From Candidatus Daviesbacteria bacterium (GTDB lineage: Bacteria; Patescibacteriota; Microgenomatia; Daviesbacterales; UBA10151), in NCBI GenBank assembly GCA_016184225.1, contig JACPDA010000004.1:602763-666762 (forward strand): a stretch of DNA of 64,000 bases, in the 5' to 3' direction. The first letter of the stretch is position 1; each line of letters begins with the position of its first letter. Below, one piece after another: positions 56,997 through 64,000 of the stretch. The notes below the pieces were generated by a model. It was not told where the DNA came from. It searched no databases and was given only the letters and a program-made list of their open reading frames with translations. The position numbers and the translations under genes were made by a program.

Positions 56997-57782
56997 CATT
57001 TTTGCCATTAGCTTTACTGTTGATTTGTCTCCAGCAAGGACATCATATTTACGATTATGATCTAAAGCTAAATTTTGTATTCCATTACCCATGCTACTGA
57101 TTACTAATCCTCCAGCCCCGCTTATCAAAGCGTAGATTGCGCCTACCTCTTCACTTTTTATAGCAATTCCACCCATAGCAGCAGCTGAATTTCCCAAAAC
57201 ATAAATCAAAGAAGATACGAGCGCACCTTGATTTTTCACAAAAAGACGGCTCCCGACAGATCTATATTTTTCATACCCTTTAGCATATGTCTCTAAATAT
57301 ACTGGAGTTTTTTGGTCCAGCTCCCAGTTGTTTCTAAGTTGTACTTTGTTGCCATTTTCATCAGTTGTTTGTCCATTGTCAAAAAGATAGAGCCTATTGG
57401 TTGTATATTCTATTGCGCCCGCCGCAACAACATCTTTAAGCCGCGGTTTGGAGCCATGGTAAAATGCAATAAGAGAGCCAAAGGGAAGAAGCCCCTGTCC
57501 AAGTATATAATTATCACTCCCGTCCAGCGGGTCAAAAGTAACCAAGAAGTCGGGTTTTGGATGCGGTTTAACTATTCCAATTTCTTCAGAGTAAACCCAG
57601 ACAGGCAGCTTATTTCTCCTGATATATTCTAAAAAAGCTATTTCAATCTTTACATCCATTTCTATGGTGCGATCCCCTTTGGTATTTGTTGTACCTGTTT
57701 CATTAACCAGAAATGGATTTTTTCTCACGGTTTGGCGTCCAATATTGAGCATTTGAGCTGTATGTTGTGTTAGTTCATGCAT
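56988..57782 (-). CDS. inositol monophosphatase/FBPase-family protein
   Basis: SEE, DPLDGSDNY and ISGAGG motifs. Confidence 0.85.
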   Translation of the reverse strand: MHELTQHTAQMLNIGRQTVRKNPFLVNETGTTNTKGDRTIEMDVKIEIAFLEYIRRNKLPVWVYSEEIGIVKPHPKPDFLVTFDPLDGSDNYILGQGLLPFGSLIAFYHGSKPRLKDVVAAGAIEYTTNRLYLFDNGQTTDENGNKVQLRNNWELDQKTPVYLETYAKGYEKYRSVGSRLFVKNQGALVSSLIYVLGNSAAAMGGIAIKSEEVGAIYALISGAGGLVISSMGNGIQNLALDHNRKYDVLAGDKSTVKLMAKMLG

Positions 57783-57794
57783 GCAGTAATTATA

Positions 57795-58580
57795 CTAGGT
57801 TTTGCCTGTACCGCCGAGACTTTGTCCGTAAGAGCCTGCTTTTAAGGCTGCAATACCGCCCTGTTCATTTTCCAAAGTTCTTTTGTATCCTTCTGAACCG
57901 TGATATCTACTTAAAACTTGTTCCCATTGGGCAGTTCGGCCTTTCCTTCTGGCAATATCACCGATCACATCTTCCGCAGCCAGGAAGTTTACTTGTATTA
58001 TAGCGAACCGATCAGTCTCGCTAATAATTTTTTCGTAAAATGCTCGACAGCGGGGTAATCGGATTTCCAGACCAACGAAGGTTGCACTTGTACAGCCAAA
58101 CTGCAAGGCTGTTTCCAGTCCGTTACGAATATCATCCTCGGTAACTCTGCTTTGTTCTATAAGAACTTGCGGTGATTTTACTTGTGACTGCAGCCTGTCA
58201 TTAAAAACCTGCTGCATCACTCTTCCCTCTGAAATTATCGGGTCAGCCGCAGCTTTCTCCAAATATCCTGCCCTGCCTCCGCAATGAACTATTACTTTTG
58301 GTGTTTCACCTCTTGCTTCCAGTTGTTTATACACCTCAGCTGTGGCAGCAGTGGTAAGCATACCTCCACCTACGATGGCACTTTCTGTATCAGAACCAAC
58401 AGGTTCTCTCCTGGCTGTCCTGATAAACCTGCGGAAACCATTTGTGCTTTCTCCTAACTCTTCAACCGTTTGAAGGAGCCTTGTAAGATACCATTTACCG
58501 TTTGCCCCCTGTTCAATGCTGTGACCGAATTGAATCAGGCACTGGGTGGGCGGAATTCTTAAACTTTCGATATGCGCCAT
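57795..58580 (-). CDS. YdcF/DUF218-like protein
   Basis: CGG, SEGRVM, EQSRVT.D and RLPR pattern. Confidence 0.55.
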   Translation of the reverse strand: MAHIESLRIPPTQCLIQFGHSIEQGANGKWYLTRLLQTVEELGESTNGFRRFIRTARREPVGSDTESAIVGGGMLTTAATAEVYKQLEARGETPKVIVHCGGRAGYLEKAAADPIISEGRVMQQVFNDRLQSQVKSPQVLIEQSRVTEDDIRNGLETALQFGCTSATFVGLEIRLPRCRAFYEKIISETDRFAIIQVNFLAAEDVIGDIARRKGRTAQWEQVLSRYHGSEGYKRTLENEQGGIAALKAGSYGQSLGGTGKT

Positions 58581-58638
58581 TTCGGCTCAGCATTATACAA
58601 AATATTGTACAGATAGGCAAATCAGTCCTGTTGCAAAG

Positions 58639-58721
58639 TGCGGACGAGAGGAGTTGAACCTCCACACCATTTCTGGCACAGCCACCTCAAGGCTGCGTGT
58701 CTACCATTCCACCACGTCCGC
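58639..58721 (-). tRNA. tRNA-Leu(GAG)
   Basis: CAGCC-TTGAGGT-GGCTG; long variable arm. Confidence 0.93.
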
Positions 58722-58723
58722 AT

Positions 58724-58809
58724 TGGTGCCGAAGAGAGGAGTTGAACCTCCACCCCATTGCTGGGACAGCGCTCTGAACGCTGCGTGTCTACCATTCCAC
58801 CACTTCGGC
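58724..58809 (-). tRNA. tRNA-Leu(CAG)
   Basis: CAGCG-TTCAGAG-CGCTG; encoded CCA. Confidence 0.94.
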
Positions 58810-58870
58810 TAAAGAACATGCATATTTTAACACCAATTCTCTTTTGCAGGTAGTGTATAATATCCACTAA

Positions 58871-59890
58871 ATGGCAAACGGCAGGAAATATCCATACCAA
58901 CAAAAAATAGTCACCTTTGGTGGCGGAACCGGCCATTTTTCTCTACTCCGCGGCTTAGTTGAGTTAAACCAACCAGAACTGATCAGTGCTATTGTCGGCA
59001 CCTGGGATTCTGGCGGTTCTTCCGGAAGGCTTCGGACAGAACTGGGAGTGTTACCTCCCGGAGATATCAGGCAATGCCTGCTGGCTCTAATGGAGGACCC
59101 AAAACAGCGCCAAGTGGCCCAGAAACTTTTCGACGATAGGCTGGCGGATATTGACGGCCCACTCAAAGGACACAGCCTGGGCAATTTAATCTCAGCCAGA
59201 CTGGAACATATTTATAAAGGCGCAGACAGAGGAGTGGAGGCGGAACGCTTACTTTTTAGGATCAGGGCCAGGGTTTTACCTGTGAGCATATCAGAACTTA
59301 ATCTGATGGCTAAACTGGAAGGCGGGGAAGAGCTGGAAGGTGAAACAAATATCGATCTCCGAGGTGAAAAGAAAGGTTATAATTCTAAAAAGAAAATCAC
59401 CAGAATTTATTTTGAAACAAATGCCGACCCTAATCCGGAAGTCATCCAAGCGGCAGTGACGGCCGAAAAAATAGTTTTCTCCATGGGCGATTTATACACG
59501 AGCGTCCTGCCACATCTTTTGGTAGCAGGAGTGAAAGAGGCAATTGAGGGGTCAAAAGCAAAAGTGATCTTGATCCTAAATTTGATGACCAAAATGGGGG
59601 AAACTGATAATTTTAAAGCTTCTGATTATTTAAAAAGCTTCTCATATTATTTGGGAGACAAAAACAGGATAGATGTGATGATCGCTAATTCCAACGGGCT
59701 GGACAGCGAAATTTTAAAAGTCTATAAAAAGGATAAGCAACAACCGGTAGAAGTAGACCATGCTGAATGTAAAAAAATTGCCCCGGGTATAAAGATCATT
59801 GAAAAACCGCTGGCTGTTTACCATATCCGGGAGCACCTCTTCCGCCATGATCCAGAAGAGCTGGCAAAAACCATCTTGGAACTAAGTTAG
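58871..59890 (+). CDS. yvcK: YvcK/CofD-family (UPF0052) protein
   Basis: GGGTG, DSGGSSG, PPGDIR, GHSLGNL and RHDP motifs. Confidence 0.92.
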   Translation: MANGRKYPYQQKIVTFGGGTGHFSLLRGLVELNQPELISAIVGTWDSGGSSGRLRTELGVLPPGDIRQCLLALMEDPKQRQVAQKLFDDRLADIDGPLKGHSLGNLISARLEHIYKGADRGVEAERLLFRIRARVLPVSISELNLMAKLEGGEELEGETNIDLRGEKKGYNSKKKITRIYFETNADPNPEVIQAAVTAEKIVFSMGDLYTSVLPHLLVAGVKEAIEGSKAKVILILNLMTKMGETDNFKASDYLKSFSYYLGDKNRIDVMIANSNGLDSEILKVYKKDKQQPVEVDHAECKKIAPGIKIIEKPLAVYHIREHLFRHDPEELAKTILELS

Positions 59891-59979
59891 CCTCAAACCG
59901 GTTGACTACGTTCAGTTTACATGAACGTAGTTGACAAATTCCGTTTTTTAGTGGTACTGTCATTGCAGAAAAAAAGCAG

Positions 59980-60570
59980 ATGGACACTGTCAATAAACAA
60001 GCCAGTATATGGTTTGTGGCTGCCTGGTTTGCAACAGCCACAACTACCCTAATATTTTCCCTTACCCTCAGCTTTTATCTAGCCAACCCAAAACTCTTAC
60101 AGCCCACTGTCCAAAGCTTTAAGCTATATGCAGCCTTACCTCAAACCGAAAGTTTAATCTCAGATGAAATAAGCCATGCTGACGGAAGGGCTAAAATAAT
60201 TGAGAATTTTTTTAAAACCTACAAGTCTCCCCTTAGCGCTCAAAGCGAAACTTTTATCCTGGTTGCAGACAAATATGAACTGGATTATAGACTGCTTCCC
60301 GCTATTGCTATGCAGGAATCAAACGGAGGCAAAAAGGTGATAAAAAATTCCTACAACCCTTTCGGATATGGAATTTATGGAGAAATGGTTGTTAAATTTA
60401 GTTCATGGGAAGGTGCGATTGAACGGGTAGGCAAGGCTTTAAGGGAAGATTATCTAAATAAGGGTCTAAAAAATCCCACCCAAATGATGGCCAAATACAC
60501 TCCTCCTTCTCTTTCCAAAGGCGGAGCCTGGGCCAAAGGTGTAAACACCTTCATGGAAGAACTGCGCTAG
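59980..60570 (+). CDS. lysozyme-like/glucosaminidase-domain protein
   Basis: LDYRLLPAIAMQES, NPFGYG; N-terminal TM. Confidence 0.7.
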   Translation: MDTVNKQASIWFVAAWFATATTTLIFSLTLSFYLANPKLLQPTVQSFKLYAALPQTESLISDEISHADGRAKIIENFFKTYKSPLSAQSETFILVADKYELDYRLLPAIAMQESNGGKKVIKNSYNPFGYGIYGEMVVKFSSWEGAIERVGKALREDYLNKGLKNPTQMMAKYTPPSLSKGGAWAKGVNTFMEELR

Positions 60571-60640
60571 TTTGACATCGCCTCCTATTTCTGCTATACT
60601 ATCGGGCTTAAGGCCTGTACCCTCTGGTACAGGTTTTTTT

Positions 60641-61267
60641 ATGAAAAAGAAAATTACAATTTTTCTTTTGGTAATCTTGCTGCTAAATTTTCCATCTTTT
60701 TCCCTTACGGAGAAAACCCAAGCAGAAGAGTTGGTAGTGGAAAATTCCCAGTTTAACCTGGTTGAAGCGAAAAAGTTAGACCGCAGGGCAGAAATACTTT
60801 CCAGTTATCTTGCTAAATTTGATTCACCTTTGCAATACCATGCTCAGGATTTTATTGATGCTGCAGAAACTTATCAACTGGACTGGAAAATGCTGCCGGC
60901 AATTGCCGGAGTAGAATCCACCTTTGGAAAACAAATCCCCGGCGGGTATAATGGTTGGGGTTGGGGTGTTTATGGAACCCAGGCTATTTATTTTACCTCC
61001 TGGAGAGATGCCATATTTACCATATCCAAAGGACTGAGGGAAGGCTATTTGGACAAGGGCTTAAATGACCCATATTCCATGAACAGGGTTTATGCCGCTT
61101 CCCCTCATTGGGGAGGAAAGGTAAGCTATTTCATGCAGGATTTGGAAAATTTTGCTGACAAATTTGAACTGAATAAGCAACAAACTACTTCCGTAGGTAA
61201 GGCTCCCAGTATAGCTGCTATTTCAGGCCAGCCCCGATTAGATCGGGGCCAGTTAGCCTTAAGATAA
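60641..61267 (+). CDS. paralogous secreted lysozyme-like protein
   Basis: LDWKMLPAIAGVES, NGWGWG; ATG at 60641 after TTGACA-17-TATACT. Confidence 0.7.
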   Translation: MKKKITIFLLVILLLNFPSFSLTEKTQAEELVVENSQFNLVEAKKLDRRAEILSSYLAKFDSPLQYHAQDFIDAAETYQLDWKMLPAIAGVESTFGKQIPGGYNGWGWGVYGTQAIYFTSWRDAIFTISKGLREGYLDKGLNDPYSMNRVYAASPHWGGKVSYFMQDLENFADKFELNKQQTTSVGKAPSIAAISGQPRLDRGQLALR

Positions 61268-61287
61268 GAATGGGGTATAATTTCTCC

Positions 61288-62595
61288 ATGCGTTTACTCT
61301 TTGCAATTCTGTTAGGCAAGTTGATTACCTATCTGACAAGGATTCTCAAAATCGGTGGTGGTTCTGCTGCGCCCGGTTTATATGCCTTAAAAATATACCC
61401 TTCCCTGGTTGAAAAGTTAAGCAAACGTATCCCCAAAAGTGTGGTCATCACCGGCACCAATGGTAAAACCACCACTGCCAAAATGCTGGCCCATTTTGCT
61501 ACAGCTTCCGGATTAAAAGTAATAAGAAACCACACCGGTTCAAACTTGGAAAGGGGAATAGCCTCTACATTGATCCACGGTGTGAGCCTATCCCACCCCT
61601 GGGGTGGGATGAATAGACACCTCGGGATTTGGGAGTTGGATGAAGCGGCTTTTAATGCGGTTGCGCCTAAGCTAAGCCCGGATGTGATTGTCTTTTTGAA
61701 TGTCTTCCGGGACCAGCTGGACCGCTACGGGGAGATCAATACTGTTCTCAAGAACTGGCAGGAAACACTAAAAAAGATCCCTTCCGGCACCAAAGTTTTA
61801 GTAAATGGTGACGATGCTAATATTTTGAGACTGGCCACTAGTTTTAGAGGTAAAGTCCAAAAATTTGGGGTTAAGGATTATAAGATTGTAGGGGAGGGCA
61901 TTGTCCACAAAAAAGAACAAGAAAACCTCGATTTCGAAGCTAAAGATGTCAAATTAGATGGCTTGAACAGTTCCAGTTTTATTCTCCAAACTACCAACTA
62001 CCAACTACCAACTACCTTACCATTACCAGGCATTTACCACATTTATGATTCTCTGGCAGCCTTTGCCTGCGCATTTAATCTGGGGTTACCAGTCAACCAA
62101 TTCACTAATTCTCTGATTCACTATACACCTGCTTTCGGCAGAGTAGAAAAATTAGGCTTTGGGTATATTTTCCTGATCAAAAACCCGGCCGGAGCTACCC
62201 AGGTTTTTGAAACTATAGCCCCCAACTTAAAACCCACTGATACTCTGCTTTTGGCTTTAAATGACAACATAGCAGATGGAACCGACGTATCCTGGATCTG
62301 GGATGCGAATTTTGAAGTACTTCAAAATTCGTCCCGAGCGAAGTCGAGGGACCTCAAATTATATGTTTCAGGCTCAAGAGCCTATGAACTGGCTGCCAGG
62401 CTCAAATATGCCGGTTTTGATCCTAAAAATATTACCGTGGACCCGAACCTTAAAAATGCTTTCAGACAGGCTAGAAGGAATCTAAAAGGGCAGTTATTCA
62501 TCCTGCCTACCTATACAGCTATGCTGGAATTGCAGTCTATTTTAGCCAAATCTGGTATTAAGAAACATTATTGGGAGGAGGAAGATAGAGTCTAG
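61288..62595 (+). CDS. murT: lipid II isoglutaminyl synthase subunit MurT
   Basis: TGTNGKTTT, NVFRDQLDRYGE, LIKNP, DGTDVSWIWD and PTYTAML motifs; three inserts. Confidence 0.93.
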   Translation: MRLLFAILLGKLITYLTRILKIGGGSAAPGLYALKIYPSLVEKLSKRIPKSVVITGTNGKTTTAKMLAHFATASGLKVIRNHTGSNLERGIASTLIHGVSLSHPWGGMNRHLGIWELDEAAFNAVAPKLSPDVIVFLNVFRDQLDRYGEINTVLKNWQETLKKIPSGTKVLVNGDDANILRLATSFRGKVQKFGVKDYKIVGEGIVHKKEQENLDFEAKDVKLDGLNSSSFILQTTNYQLPTTLPLPGIYHIYDSLAAFACAFNLGLPVNQFTNSLIHYTPAFGRVEKLGFGYIFLIKNPAGATQVFETIAPNLKPTDTLLLALNDNIADGTDVSWIWDANFEVLQNSSRAKSRDLKLYVSGSRAYELAARLKYAGFDPKNITVDPNLKNAFRQARRNLKGQLFILPTYTAMLELQSILAKSGIKKHYWEEEDRV

Positions 62596-62657
62596 TCGCT
62601 AGAATCTAGAGTCTGGAAATTCAAAATCTAGACTCTTGACTCTCGACTCTAGTCACT
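62586..62657. repeat. heptamer-periodic inverted repeat (TAGAGTC/GACTCTA type)
   Basis: arms TAGAGTCTAGTCGCTAGAATCTAGAGTC and TAGACTCTTGACTCTCGACTCTAGTCACT. Confidence 0.8.
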
Positions 62658-62660
62658 AAC

Positions 62661-63446
62661 ATGAAGCTGACCATTGGCTATCTATATGGGGATTTGATGA
62701 ATATCTACGGAGACACCGGCAATATTATTGCCCTGAAGAAACGGGCCGAGTGGCGGGGAATAGAAGTTGAAATTAAAAATATCTCTATCGGAGATAAGTT
62801 GAAAAAGGGTGAGGTGGATATTTTCTTTTTTGGAGGAGGACAGGACCAAGCTCAGGAGTTGGTATCAGCAGACTTACTTAAATCCGGTAAAGGAAAACTC
62901 ATCAAACAAGAAGTTGAAAGGGGAATGCCGCTGCTGGCTATTTGTGGAGGTTATCAGCTATTGGGCGATTACTACAGACCACATAAGGGACCTAAACTGC
63001 CCGGAATTAGCATGTTTCCGGCCTATACTTTAGCAAGTTTCGACAGGATGATCGGCAATATTGTTATTCAGTCTTCAGCTATCAGCTATCAGCTATCAGA
63101 CAGAAAACAAAAAAAGTCTGACGACCGACGACTGACGACTGACGACTTTCTTGTCGGTTTTGAAAACCATTCCGGAAAAACATACCTTAAAAAGGGTGCA
63201 AATCCTTTAGGTTTGGTTTCCAAGGGCTGGGGGAATAATGGCAAGGACAAAACAGAAGGCTGCATCTATAAAAATGCCATTGGCTGCTATATGCACGGCT
63301 CACTTTTACCCAAAAACCCTAAGCTGGCAGACTGGCTTCTTAAAAAAGCTTTAGAAACAAAATATGGTAAGGAAATTTTACTGGAGCCTTTGGATGATAC
63401 CTTAGAACTCCAAGCTCACGGAGTAGCTGTCAAAAAATTTGGTTAG
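62661..63446 (+). CDS. gatD: glutamine amidotransferase GatD (CobQ-like)
   Basis: NIYGDTGN, GGGQD, ICGGYQ, GFENH and YMHGSLLPKNP motifs. Confidence 0.93.
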   Translation: MKLTIGYLYGDLMNIYGDTGNIIALKKRAEWRGIEVEIKNISIGDKLKKGEVDIFFFGGGQDQAQELVSADLLKSGKGKLIKQEVERGMPLLAICGGYQLLGDYYRPHKGPKLPGISMFPAYTLASFDRMIGNIVIQSSAISYQLSDRKQKKSDDRRLTTDDFLVGFENHSGKTYLKKGANPLGLVSKGWGNNGKDKTEGCIYKNAIGCYMHGSLLPKNPKLADWLLKKALETKYGKEILLEPLDDTLELQAHGVAVKKFG

Positions 63447-63469
63447 TTTACCCTGAATTTTTCGAAGGG

Positions 63470-63550
63470 TGCCGGGAAGAGGATTTGAACCTCCATGCCT
63501 TGCGGCACGGCGTCCTAAACGCCGCGTGTATACCATTTCACCATCCCGGC
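63470..63550 (-). tRNA. tRNA-Leu(TAG)
   Basis: CGGCG-TTTAGGA-CGCCG; long variable arm. Confidence 0.93.
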
Positions 63551-63617
63551 CTGTAAGAGTATTTTACCAGTTGATTTGACTTATATCCATAAAGTAGTAG
63601 AATATGCTCGCCTAAAT

Positions 63618-63899
63618 ATGAGCAGTCCACAAGACCCAATAACTATACAAAAGGAAATTGTTTCTAACTCCAGTCGCCCATTTTCAGGCGGATATCCAGC
63701 AGAACAAGAACATAATTCTGTTGTGAAGGGGGGAACCTTAACTTTCAATACTCCCAGCCTGTCATCTGTAGCTGCTGCTGATCCATTAACAGGGGCACGA
63801 CGCACTCTACAAAAAGAGGCTGATCAAGCAAGAGTTCCAGGCACTCCAAGCCAGGACGAACTATTTTCCCAGGCTACAGGTAAACCTCTGCAAAAATAG
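63618..63899 (+). CDS. hypothetical protein
   Basis: ATG downstream of TTGACT-17-TAGAAT. Confidence 0.5.
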   Translation: MSSPQDPITIQKEIVSNSSRPFSGGYPAEQEHNSVVKGGTLTFNTPSLSSVAAADPLTGARRTLQKEADQARVPGTPSQDELFSQATGKPLQK

Positions 63900-63923
63900 C
63901 TTAAAAGGTGTAAAATTAGCTGT

Positions 63924-64000
63924 ATGAACACCCGAAAAATTTTAGGAGGCATGGGTTTCCTTGATGAGGGAGAATTTGAAAAAGAAACTTCGTCAGCTAT
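63924..64000 (+). CDS. 5' fragment of an ORF running off the window (MNTRKILGGMG...)
   Basis: GTGTAAAAT 7 nt upstream of ATG; open to the window end. Confidence 0.45.
   Translation, partial: MNTRKILGGMGFLDEGEFEKETSSA

Overview
64-kb gene-dense bacterial chromosomal segment using the standard code (TGA = stop). Gene content and style point to a Patescibacteria/CPR, Microgenomates-like genome (inference): scattered tRNAs, many leaderless-looking genes, MurT/GatD, cupin PGI, DUF5667 anti-sigma, GT-C glycosyltransferases. It carries about 65 CDS (corA, typA, gdhA-tkt-tal, gmk, dus, DEAD helicase, dinB, fhs, glmS, yvcK, murT-gatD and others) and 14 tRNA genes. No rRNA, CRISPR array or prophage is visible. 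The most striking feature is at least five families of short palindromic or heptamer repeats. They occur between genes and also as in-frame insertions inside conserved housekeeping genes (three each in dinB, glmS and murT; also dus, tkt, gatD, a RibD-like gene and GT-C genes). One hairpin family flanks both REP-associated tyrosine transposase (RAYT) genes, and another flanks a GIY-YIG nuclease. Other points of interest: an HTH/LAGLIDADG-like ORF reading into tRNA-Arg, a tandem tRNA-3'/cargo/fhs-3' cassette, an S41 protease with a J-like domain in place of PDZ, operator-like repeats around a Fic-HTH gene, and anti-SD hairpins upstream of two RNA-chaperone genes. All calls were made by eye, without database searches.
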